Assembly: GCA_019058495.1 (NCBI GenBank)
Contig: JAHPYV010000002.1
Span: 3,143-67,142, forward strand
Source of the DNA: Promethearchaeati archaeon
GTDB lineage: Archaea > Asgardarchaeota > Atabeyarchaeia > Atabeyarchaeales > Atabeyarchaeaceae
Reading direction: 5' to 3'
Length of the DNA stretch: 64,000 nucleotides
Below, in pieces: positions 1-8,292 of this stretch (position 1 is the stretch's first letter; the number at the start of each line of letters is the position of its first letter). The position numbers and the translations under genes are program-made. The notes beneath the pieces are model-generated. The model worked only from the letters and a program-made list of their open reading frames with translations. It was not told the origin of the DNA and searched no databases.

Positions 1-51
1 TTGGTTTCTAAACAACATATATAAATATGGGTTAGGTATTAAACACTTTCG

Positions 52-60
52 CCTATAAAT
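52..60 (+). promoter_or_regulatory. TATA-box-like element upstream of the mrp cluster
   Basis: CCTATAAAT ~43 nt upstream of ATG 103. A second A/T box, ATATATAAAT, lies at 17-26. Confidence 0.35.
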
Positions 61-102
61 GATTGACTAGTCGCGTCTAGCACAGACAAGAGAAGATTAG
101 CT

Positions 103-1074
103 ATGAAGAATGAATGTGACGGCAAATGTGATTCCTGCTCGAAGACTGAGGGATGCAACGATCCGAGAAAGGAGAGGTATGAAAGGGAGCAGCGTCTCAA
201 ACTCAGAATGAGCAGGATTGGGCACAAGATTGCCGTGATAAGCGGCAAAGGAGGAGTTGGTAAAAGCACTGTGACCGTGAATCTCGCTGTGGCTTTCGCA
301 ATGCGGGGTTACGTCAACTCTGTGGGCATTCTTGATGCAGACATTCATGGTCCCTGTGTGCCTGGTATGCTGGGTCTCAAAGGTCAGAGGCTCCTCCCTG
401 ATCCTGAAGGAATGCTCCCTGTGATAGGTCCTCTGGGGATCAAGGTCATGTCTATGGCATTTCTGCTTCCAAATGATGAGGCGCCTGTGATTTGGCGCGG
501 CCCGCTAAAGATGGTAGCCATTGAACAGTTCCTTTCCGACACGGTGTGGGGAGAACTCGAGTTCCTGTTTATAGATCTTCCGCCTGGAACTGGCGACGAA
601 CCATTGAGCATAATGCAGTTAATCGCCAATATGGATGGCGTAGTAATAGTTACAATGCCCAACAAGGTTGCCCAAGATGTAGTGAAGAAGGCTGTGACAT
701 TTGCCCAACAATTGAGCATTCCCATAATTGGAATAATCGAGAACATGAGTGGCTTCATCTGCCCGAAGTGCGGGCATGAAATCAACACCTTCAAAACTGG
801 CGGAGGGCAGGAAATGGCAAGAGACTTCTCGGTTCCTTTCCTAGGGAGGATCCCAATTGACCCCGCGATTTGCCAGGACTCTGACGATGGAACCCCATTC
901 ATAATTAAGCATGCAGACTCGGCAGCGACAAACGCGTTCACAGAAATCACCAAGAGAATTGAGCATTTCTTGGAGAACAGAAAGCGAGTTGAGAGTACGC
1001 AGACAAAAGCATCTCAGGGAATCAAACAGCCTAATCATTCGGAAATATCACAAAGATCAACTGAGATGTGGTGA
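103..1074 (+). CDS. Mrp/NBP35/ApbC-family P-loop ATPase (Fe-S cluster carrier)
   Basis: 323-aa ORF. Deviant Walker A VISGKGGVGKST, conserved CPKC motif (GFICPKCGHE), and an N-terminal CX3CX2CX5C cysteine cluster. Confidence 0.9.
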   Translation: MKNECDGKCDSCSKTEGCNDPRKERYEREQRLKLRMSRIGHKIAVISGKGGVGKSTVTVNLAVAFAMRGYVNSVGILDADIHGPCVPGMLGLKGQRLLPDPEGMLPVIGPLGIKVMSMAFLLPNDEAPVIWRGPLKMVAIEQFLSDTVWGELEFLFIDLPPGTGDEPLSIMQLIANMDGVVIVTMPNKVAQDVVKKAVTFAQQLSIPIIGIIENMSGFICPKCGHEINTFKTGGGQEMARDFSVPFLGRIPIDPAICQDSDDGTPFIIKHADSAATNAFTEITKRIEHFLENRKRVESTQTKASQGIKQPNHSEISQRSTEMW

Positions 1075-1078
1075 TCTA

Positions 1079-1477
1079 ATGAAAATATGTGTGACTGCGG
1101 CATCAGGCATTCTGGAAGCTCAGGTGGACCCGCGGTTTGGTAGATGTCCATACTTTGTGATTGTGGACTCAGAAACAACGCAATTTGAGGCTATTCCAAA
1201 CCTGGCTTCTGGCGCAATGGGCGGTGCGGGAATTCAGGCAGCGCAAACCATCGCGAGTAGAGGCACTAAGGTGCTGATAACTGGAAGCATTGGTCCAAAT
1301 GCCTTCCAAGCGCTATCAGCTGCAGGGGTAAGAATCATGATAGGGGCTAGTGGGACTGTAATAGAGGCCCTTGAGAAATATCGGAAAGGGGAACTAGAGG
1401 AGGCAAGCTCACCGACAGTTCCTGGGCATTTCGGCACAGGTATGGGTAGAGGACGCCGTTGGGGGCAACGACGATGA
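1079..1477 (+). CDS. NifX/NafY/NifB-C-like (dinitrogenase FeMo-cofactor-binding family) small protein
   Basis: ATG at 1079 inside ORF 911..1477, 5 nt after the mrp stop. MKICVTA...PRFGRCPYFVIVD...GSIGPNAF pattern is typical of this family. Confidence 0.8.
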   Translation: MKICVTAASGILEAQVDPRFGRCPYFVIVDSETTQFEAIPNLASGAMGGAGIQAAQTIASRGTKVLITGSIGPNAFQALSAAGVRIMIGASGTVIEALEKYRKGELEEASSPTVPGHFGTGMGRGRRWGQRR

Positions 1478-1950
1478 GACACTCGGAGAGTACAAACGAC
1501 AAAGAGCTTGAAGATATAAAAGGAAAAGAACTTCAGAGAATGCTGGACAAAATCAAGAAGGAAGGAGGTAAGAGATTGGGTGTAAGAATCGTGGTTCCAA
1601 CAGTAGACGAAAGTGGGCTCAACTCTCAGCTGGCCGAGCACTTTGGAAGAGCTCCCTATTTCGCTGTTGTTGACTTGGATGAGAATGGGGAGGTTTCGAG
1701 TGTGAGAACGTCCCCAAATATAGGTGAGCATGCTGGCGGAGTGGGCCAAGCCCATGACAACGTCTTGGAGTTAAAGCCAAATGCAATCATAGTCTATGGG
1801 ATGGGCCCAAGAGGTTTACAGGGATTCCAAGGTAGAGGGGTAGCAGTGTTAAAGGCCAATGCTAATACAGTTAGAGGAGTGATCGCCGCGTACAAGGACG
1901 ATAAACTCCAGGAGCTCACCGAAGGCTGCCATGAGGCGCATCACAAATAG
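1474..1950 (+). CDS. NifX/NafY/NifB-C-like family protein with a charged N-terminal coil
   Basis: ATG 1474 overlaps the upstream stop (ATGA). HFGRAPYFAVVDLDENG...GMGPRGLQGF matches the same family. The ORF track starts at 1459 (TTG). Confidence 0.75.
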   Translation: MRHSESTNDKELEDIKGKELQRMLDKIKKEGGKRLGVRIVVPTVDESGLNSQLAEHFGRAPYFAVVDLDENGEVSSVRTSPNIGEHAGGVGQAHDNVLELKPNAIIVYGMGPRGLQGFQGRGVAVLKANANTVRGVIAAYKDDKLQELTEGCHEAHHK

Positions 1951-2076
1951 GGTGGGTCTCTGGAAAAAGGACAATGCAAGATCGTGGGATGTGGGGTAAT
2001 GTTCGGAGAGTCAGCAACAGATGAACTTGAGTTATTGAAACAGTCAGGTTATTCCGAGGAAGCCATCTAGCAAGAG

Positions 2077-2484
2077 GTGATGGATATAAAAGGGTATGTA
2101 ACCGCTATTGAAAAAGAGACGAGGAAAAACACTGATTTCCGCCGCGTCTTGTATACGGGGAAGTACAGCCAACTTGTGCTCATGAGCATGAAGCCCGGCG
2201 AAGAAATAGGTGAGGAGACCCACGAGGATGTGGATCAATTCTTTCGGTTTGAGGGAGGAGAAGGAAAGGTAATTATTGACGGCGTTGGACATGCTGTCAA
2301 GGACGGACATGCAGTTATCGTCCCTGCGGGCGCCAAGCATAATGTTATCAACACCTCTAAACAATCGGAACTCAAATTGTACACGGTCTACTCGCCGCCC
2401 GAGCACCAAGATAAAATAGTGCGACGTACCAAAGCGGAAGCAATGGCGAATGAAGAGCATTTTAACGGTAAAACTACCGAATGA
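2077..2484 (+). CDS. cupin-domain protein
   Basis: 135-aa ORF. Cupin motifs GEEIGEETHEDVDQFF and AVIVPAGAKHNVIN. Confidence 0.75.
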   Translation: MMDIKGYVTAIEKETRKNTDFRRVLYTGKYSQLVLMSMKPGEEIGEETHEDVDQFFRFEGGEGKVIIDGVGHAVKDGHAVIVPAGAKHNVINTSKQSELKLYTVYSPPEHQDKIVRRTKAEAMANEEHFNGKTTE

Positions 2485-2887
2485 TGAACATGACTTGGCC
2501 TTAATTGATATCAAATCGAACCTAAGTTCTAGGTTGATAAAAGTTAAGTGTGGTGTCTGAGCGAATTCATGAGTCGAATCTCGCGGTTCAGTCGGGCTCT
2601 CTGTCTCCTCTAGGCGTGAAGTTGAACCTGTTCCATAACGAGAGACTATTGGTTTTCCCGAATTGTCCCTGAAACTTGTCGAGCGAGGTAACAATGCAAG
2701 GATATTTGTATCAGTTGCGTCGTATGGCTTGGGCGCCATATTGGATCCAAGATCTGGTAGGTTCTGAAGTTTGTCATCTTGGATTCCGATACAATGCAAC
2801 TTGAGTCGATGCAGAACAGGTTTCAGGTGCCGTTGTTGGTACCACAATTTGAGCCGCCAACAATTCTGATAAAATCAAGTCGCTAAC

Positions 2888-3772
2888 ATGTCAGATTGCA
2901 TGAACGATCTCCGATTACTTTTCGAGGTGTTATTTGTGATTGTGTCTGTTGCCAGTGGAAAAGGAGGAACGGGGAAGACATCGATAGCTGTGAACTTAGC
3001 GATCTCCATAGGAAGCGCTCAACTTCTGGATTGCGACGTAGAAGAGCCGAACGCCCATCTCTTTTTCCATCACGAGACAAATCAAGTGGAGCCGGTTTCA
3101 ATTCTGGTTCCTCGTGTAAATGAACAACTATGCAACCATTGTGGGGAATGCGCAAAAGTCTGCCAGTACAATGCCATCTTTGTCGCGTCAGAGCGAGTTA
3201 TGATTTTTCCTGAGGTCTGCCACAGCTGCGGAGGATGTCTTCTAGTTTGCCCCAAGAAAGCGATCACAGAAGAAAGACATAGGATTGGGGTGATTAAAGT
3301 GATTCGCGAAGGAGACTTGGAACTCGTGTTCGGTGAACTCGAGGTAGGCGAGCCTTTGTCTGTTCCTCTCATAAAGGAAGTCAAAAAGAAGCTCGATGTC
3401 GGCAAGAACGTGATTCTTGACTCTCCGCCTGGAACTTCTTGCCCAATGATTGAGACTGTGAAGGGATGCGATTTCTGCATTCTCGTCACAGAGCCCACAC
3501 CGTTTGGTTTACACGACCTGAATATCGCTGTTCAGGTTCTCGAAGATATGAAGATCCCTGTTGGAGCGATTGTCAACCGCGCAGACATTGGAGACAAGAA
3601 GATTTATGACTTCTGTAGCGAGAAGGGCATACCTATCTTACTTGAGATTCCTTTTCAAAGAAGGATTGCAGAACTCTACTCCAGAGGAATTCCCTTCAGC
3701 CTAGAGATTCCTGAGTGGGGAGAGAGACTAAGGGTGTTATTTGATCAGGTAAGGAGGATTTCTAGTAAATGA
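2888..3772 (+). CDS. MinD/ParA-type P-loop ATPase with 2x[4Fe-4S] ferredoxin insert
   Basis: Walker A ASGKGGTGKTS followed by CNHCGECAKVC and CHSCGGCLLVCP. The real start is probably GTG 2936, preceded by GAGGTG. Confidence 0.85.
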   Translation: MSDCMNDLRLLFEVLFVIVSVASGKGGTGKTSIAVNLAISIGSAQLLDCDVEEPNAHLFFHHETNQVEPVSILVPRVNEQLCNHCGECAKVCQYNAIFVASERVMIFPEVCHSCGGCLLVCPKKAITEERHRIGVIKVIREGDLELVFGELEVGEPLSVPLIKEVKKKLDVGKNVILDSPPGTSCPMIETVKGCDFCILVTEPTPFGLHDLNIAVQVLEDMKIPVGAIVNRADIGDKKIYDFCSEKGIPILLEIPFQRRIAELYSRGIPFSLEIPEWGERLRVLFDQVRRISSK

Positions 3773-4644
3773 AGCAATTGACGGTTCTCAGTGGTAAGGG
3801 TGGCACAGGTAAGACAACAGTAACAGGCTCGTTTGCTGTTTTGGCAGAAAACCCTGTCTTAGCAGATTGTGATGTTGACGCGCCTGATCTTCACATGCTT
3901 TTGCATCCCACGATAATCAAAACATACGAATTCAAGGGATCAAAGCTGGCTGTCATCGATAAGGCGAAGTGTACCGAGTGCGGTTTGTGTAGAGAGAAAT
4001 GTAGGTATGGTGGAATCACAGCGAGGTTTGAGGTTGATCCCCTCTCCTGCGAAGGTTGCGGCGTATGTGCCATCGTCTGCCCAGTGGAAGCGGCGAGTCT
4101 GGTTGAACGAATCTCTGGACACGCGTACGTCTCGAGAACCGAATATGGTTTCATGGTCCACGCCATGCTCAGACCCGGTGAAGCAAATTCGGGAAAACTG
4201 GTGACCTTAGTAAGGCAAAAAGCCGAAGAACTAGCTGAGACGCTGAGCGGCAGTCTCATCATAATTGATGGTCCGCCTGGAATAGGGTGCCCCGCGATTG
4301 CTTCAGTGACTGGAACGGATGCAGGTCTGGTTGTTACTGAGCCAACTATGTCTGGGATCCACGACCTCAAGAGGGCACTGCAACTACTGAAGCAATTCAA
4401 TGTGCAACCGTTTGTCTGCGTGAACATGTATGACATAAATCAATATAACACGGAGATGATCGTGGATTTTTGCGAAGAAAACGGAATAGAAGTTGCTGGA
4501 ATGATTCCCTTCAATCGCATTGTAACAGAAGCCATGGTCAATGGAAAGCCTGTAGTCGAATACGCCCTCAAAAGCGATGTCGCCAAAGAAATACAGAATG
4601 TGTGGAGAAAGCTTCTTTCAGCTTTAAAGCTGGGAAGTGACTGA
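3769..4644 (+). CDS. MinD/ParA-type P-loop ATPase with 2x[4Fe-4S] ferredoxin insert (paralog)
   Basis: LSGKGGTGKTT Walker A, plus CTECGLCREKC and CEGCGVCAIVCP. Overlaps the upstream gene by 4 nt. Confidence 0.85.
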   Translation: MKQLTVLSGKGGTGKTTVTGSFAVLAENPVLADCDVDAPDLHMLLHPTIIKTYEFKGSKLAVIDKAKCTECGLCREKCRYGGITARFEVDPLSCEGCGVCAIVCPVEAASLVERISGHAYVSRTEYGFMVHAMLRPGEANSGKLVTLVRQKAEELAETLSGSLIIIDGPPGIGCPAIASVTGTDAGLVVTEPTMSGIHDLKRALQLLKQFNVQPFVCVNMYDINQYNTEMIVDFCEENGIEVAGMIPFNRIVTEAMVNGKPVVEYALKSDVAKEIQNVWRKLLSALKLGSD

Positions 4645-5635
4645 TCTGCGAGGCTTGGAAATGTCAGCTTTTGGTCCTGTTCCGTCAAGACGCCTTGGAA
4701 GAAGCTTGGGAATAAACAATATTCCAGCCAAGATGTGTCCTTATTCATGTGTTTACTGCCAGTTAGGAAAAACGATGAACATGACTGTTGAAAGGCAAGC
4801 CTTCTATCAGCCAGAAGACATTTTCCGTGAGGTCAAAACAAAAGTTGATGAAGCAACTTCGCGGAATGAAAAAATCGGCTATCTGACGTTCGTCCCGGAT
4901 GGAGAGCCAACCCTAGAAATTAACTTGCGTCAAGAAATAGCTCTTCTAAAACAGATTGGAATTCCAATAGCTGTTTTGACTAATGCCTCGCTTCTCTGGC
5001 GGGAAGACGTGAGAGAAGATCTGTTTGAAGCAGACTTTGCTTCTCTGAAATTGGACGCCGTTACCGAGGATCTATGGAGAAACATTAACAGACCTCACAA
5101 AGATCTGAAGCTAGACAGAGTCTTGGAAGGTGTAGTTGACTTCGCAACAGCATTCAAAGGGACAATTGTCAGCGAGACCATGCTTGTCAGTGGCATAAAC
5201 TATGGAGCTGAATCCGAAAGGATAGCGGGATTTCTGAGACATCTGAAGAAACTTGATAAAGCCTATATTGCGATTCCAACAAGGCCCCCAACAGAGAAGT
5301 GGGTTAAACGCCCCGCGGAGGAAGTAATAAACGCTGCCTTTCAAGCCTTCATTCAAGAGCTCAGCCCAAAGAGAGTCGAGTATTTGATTGGTTACGAAGG
5401 GAACGCCTTCGCCTTCACAGGAAACGTTAGAGAAGACTTGTTAGCCATAACAGCTGTTCATCCCATGCGCAAGGAAGCAGTGAAAGAGTTCTTGAGGAAG
5501 GCAAACGCAGACTGGCAAATCATAGAGAAGCTTTTGCGCGAAAACAAAATCATAGAACTCGATTATGAGGGAAACCTGTACTACATGCGAAAGTTGCCAA
5601 GCAAAACAGGCAATTCTGTTAAACATAGATCCTAG
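4637..5635 (+). CDS. radical SAM protein (function unknown)
   Basis: GPVPSRRLGRSLGIN...CPYSCVYCQLG carries the CX3CX2C radical-SAM motif. Alternative ATG start at 4661. Confidence 0.8.
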   Translation: MTDLRGLEMSAFGPVPSRRLGRSLGINNIPAKMCPYSCVYCQLGKTMNMTVERQAFYQPEDIFREVKTKVDEATSRNEKIGYLTFVPDGEPTLEINLRQEIALLKQIGIPIAVLTNASLLWREDVREDLFEADFASLKLDAVTEDLWRNINRPHKDLKLDRVLEGVVDFATAFKGTIVSETMLVSGINYGAESERIAGFLRHLKKLDKAYIAIPTRPPTEKWVKRPAEEVINAAFQAFIQELSPKRVEYLIGYEGNAFAFTGNVREDLLAITAVHPMRKEAVKEFLRKANADWQIIEKLLRENKIIELDYEGNLYYMRKLPSKTGNSVKHRS

Positions 5636-5677
5636 AACATCAATTCGATAATGATGTGCAGTCTTACCCGAATCTAT

Positions 5678-6943
5678 TCATTGGCGGCTGTCTTTTTCAT
5701 GGTTTTGAGTTGGTGACACCATTCTGTCTAATATACCTTGATTCAGCATATAGACTGCTTCCCTAATCTCAACTGATTTTGGAAGATAATAGATCTGCAC
5801 TGAGCTATCTCTTAACACGTGGAACGGACCTTCTCCTACTCCTCCTGCAAGCAGCACATCAACTTTTTGGTCAAGTATTAAGTGAGAGACGGCTATCCCC
5901 TTCTTTTGCGTCATTCCTGCTGCTTTATTCACTCTTATGTAAACCCTTTCTATTTGTCCCTTTTCAATCACGACAAAGGCGAAATAAGGCGCTTTTCCAA
6001 AATGAAGGGCAGTCATTGATTCTAATCTCTTGTCTTCTAGTACTGGAATGGCAATCTTGATTCTTTCTTTCACTGCAGGTCCCATGTGAATAGTAATTGA
6101 CTCTATGTCTTTCAACTGTTTTCTGATTTTTGTTTCAATCTCCTCCGAAATCATGTGGGCTTTGTTCAAAGGAAGGTCGTCCTGTAATTCGATTTCCATC
6201 TCACCGAAGGAAACGGGCCCAGATTTCCTCAATCTGATATTGTGAACTCCCTTAACTCCGTGCACGCTTTCTGCTATTTCTCTTATTTCCTTTGCTTTTT
6301 GAGGGCTCAGACAAGCGTCCATTAGAACTAGTACAGAGTCTTTTCCGAACCAGAGTCCCACTTTAACTACGTATACCCCGATTGCTAAGCCTACCAGAAC
6401 CTGTGCTACGAAATAGCCATATTGAGATATCAGGACTCCGGCGACAACCAGCAGTGAGGTGTAGACATCAACCAAGGAATGTTGCCCCTCACTAATTAGG
6501 GACTGAGAACCAATCTTGAGTCCAGTCTTTCCTTTGATTCTAGCAAGGACGTAGGAAACTAGCGCAGAGAGGCCGGCGGTTGTCAATGCGAGCACTGGAA
6601 AGGAGACACCCTTAGGTTCAAATAGCTGATCTGTTGACTCTTTTAATATCAATGCACCTGATACTGTGATTATCAGAGAAACTGTCAGAAGAGAGAAAGT
6701 CTCTGCTTTGTAGTAGCCGTACGGAAATTTCTCACTTGGCTTTTTCTGTATGAGTTTCAGGCCTGCCCAGACTGCTATTGAAGAGAAGATGTCTGAAAAG
6801 GAGTGAATAGTATCAGCCAGAAGGGCTATGCTGCCAGAAAGAACAGCCACAATTCCCTTCAATATACTGAGAGCAAGGAGAACAAAGGCGGATAGTCTAG
6901 CCGCTTTTTCTCCTTCCCTAAAGAGCATATTTCCTTTGCTCAC
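5678..6943 (-). CDS. cation diffusion facilitator (CDF) transporter fused to a C-terminal NifX-like domain
   Basis: CDF signatures SIALLADTIHSFSD and HSLVDVYTS, six predicted TM segments and a cytoplasmic domain. The C-terminal ~110 aa (HFGKAPYFAFVVIE...LLAGGVGEGPF) resemble the NifX-like ORFs nearby. Confidence 0.8.
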   Translation of the reverse strand: MSKGNMLFREGEKAARLSAFVLLALSILKGIVAVLSGSIALLADTIHSFSDIFSSIAVWAGLKLIQKKPSEKFPYGYYKAETFSLLTVSLIITVSGALILKESTDQLFEPKGVSFPVLALTTAGLSALVSYVLARIKGKTGLKIGSQSLISEGQHSLVDVYTSLLVVAGVLISQYGYFVAQVLVGLAIGVYVVKVGLWFGKDSVLVLMDACLSPQKAKEIREIAESVHGVKGVHNIRLRKSGPVSFGEMEIELQDDLPLNKAHMISEEIETKIRKQLKDIESITIHMGPAVKERIKIAIPVLEDKRLESMTALHFGKAPYFAFVVIEKGQIERVYIRVNKAAGMTQKKGIAVSHLILDQKVDVLLAGGVGEGPFHVLRDSSVQIYYLPKSVEIREAVYMLNQGILDRMVSPTQNHEKDSRQ

Positions 6944-7436
6944 TATCAGCGCGTCCTTCTTACTCTGAGGTTTATGCTTTTTCTGTCGACTGGGTTTTTC
7001 TGGGCAATCGTTATCTGTTCTTAGCTTCGTTTGTTCTCAGACATTATCACCCTTTTAATCCATTCTTCCCCGATTTCTTGCTTTCAAGGTTGAATTTCGT
7101 TATCATGGTATTATATTTCGGATTTCGAAGAGATTAAGACTCCTAGCGCAGTGGAAGATGCTGCATCGATAGCACGGGAGCGACCAGCGATCACTTTCTC
7201 CCCATAGGCAAGTGCGCCGCTTTAGACGCGTGCGAGGAGCACTCACATGGATAGGGAACTGTTGCTAAGCCCCGAACACCTATCCGACACTTGCGTTCTC
7301 GTGCGAATATTCTCTCCCCGAGATTCTGCCTCACAACTCTGACGGTCTCTTATTTGAAGAGAATGCTGGAAAGAAAATCCATGCAACACAGCTGTGAATG
7401 TTTCCTGTCACACTAGAGAAGTCGATTCGTCGGCAG

Positions 7437-7814
7437 CTACTCGAAGGCAGAACCCTTCGACTTCGACAAAGCTTCTCTTACACAATCTGCAACTTTCTTG
7501 TTGCGTCTAACTGAGATTCTCCCAATGTTGTGATGCTCAAGTAGACCTGAAGCTCCTGGACCGAATTGGGTTGCCATCACCGAGTTTACTTTGAGATCTG
7601 CTAGTGTTTTTGATGCTACTGGTCCAGAACCATAGCGATAGGATGCGGCCGGGTTGTCAACCACTTGTACGTCCTTAACTTCGTCATTCTCGAGATCTAT
7701 TATTGTGAAAGTCTTGGCTTTCCCAAAAACCTCAGAAACAGAATCTTCCAGCCCTCTACGCCCGTTTGTTGCTACAGCAATCCTAGTTTTGCTCACCCTT
7801 CTTTCCACCTCCAA
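7437..7814 (-). CDS. NifX/NafY/NifB-C-like family protein
   Basis: 125-aa ORF. RIAVATNG...VFGKAKTFTIIDLEN...ATQFGPGA pattern. Confidence 0.75.
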   Translation of the reverse strand: MEVERRVSKTRIAVATNGRRGLEDSVSEVFGKAKTFTIIDLENDEVKDVQVVDNPAASYRYGSGPVASKTLADLKVNSVMATQFGPGASGLLEHHNIGRISVRRNKKVADCVREALSKSKGSAFE

Positions 7815-7861
7815 GTTGACTCATGTTATCCAATTTCGTACGTTCAAAAAAGAGTGAGGCT

Positions 7862-8206
7862 TCAGACTTGGCTGGACTCTGACTTTTTCAGTTCATCTAG
7901 TCTCTCCTGCATCTTCTTTAGCGTTTCCTGTATAGCCTTTAGTTGTTCTTCCATGAACGTTTTTTGTTCAGTTAGCAATGTTGTCTCATCTTCAGGCTTC
8001 AATGCAGGCACCACGTCTGGGGGCAACACACCTGCAGGTGGCACGTATGCTCTGTAAGCTCCATAAGGCCTGAACAACCACCAGCATGCGCCTCTGCCAT
8101 AGAGCCAGCCAGGCCTCTGCCAAGGCGGTAGATAGCTGAAGGGACCTCTTCCAGGCCATCGTCCTCCGCCTCTGCCTCTCCAACCATATGCCATGTCCTT
8201 TTTCAC
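7862..8206 (-). CDS. Gly/Arg/Pro-rich N-terminus plus C-terminal coiled coil; DUF5320-like protein
   Basis: 114-aa ORF. GWRGRGGGRWPGRGP...PPWQRPGW, then a coiled coil EEQLKAIQETLKKMQERLDELKK. Divergently paired with the DUF134 gene, as is common for this family. Confidence 0.45.
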   Translation of the reverse strand: MKKDMAYGWRGRGGGRWPGRGPFSYLPPWQRPGWLYGRGACWWLFRPYGAYRAYVPPAGVLPPDVVPALKPEDETTLLTEQKTFMEEQLKAIQETLKKMQERLDELKKSESSQV

Positions 8207-8292
8207 CTCTATAATCTATTTTGTGCTTATGCACACATTCAATTATGGAATAAGACACAAAAATATATAAGCCTTGTGTTGAGAGCTAGTAG

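Noticed and set aside
1999-2070. 23-codon ORF MFGESATDELELLKQSGYSEEAI, reminiscent of the N-terminus of NifU/IscU-like scaffold proteins. Considered as a possible gene remnant in the Fe-S island.
   Set aside because: It is too short to verify, the similarity rests on a few residues (GYSE.AI), and there is no downstream continuation in any frame.
2482-2560. Box C/D sRNA candidates starting at AUGAUGA (2482) and GAUGAUGA (9578).
   Set aside because: There are no properly spaced D', C' and D (CUGA) boxes and no terminal stem. The matches are to box C only.
2044-2847. 267-aa minus-strand ORF, together with many other long antisense ORFs in the track (for example 384..953, 3082..3498, 3891..4436, 27617..28129, 28476..28979, 45306..45773).
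   Set aside because: They overlap well-supported genes on the opposite strand, have no recognisable motifs and have skewed composition. They are typical shadow ORFs.
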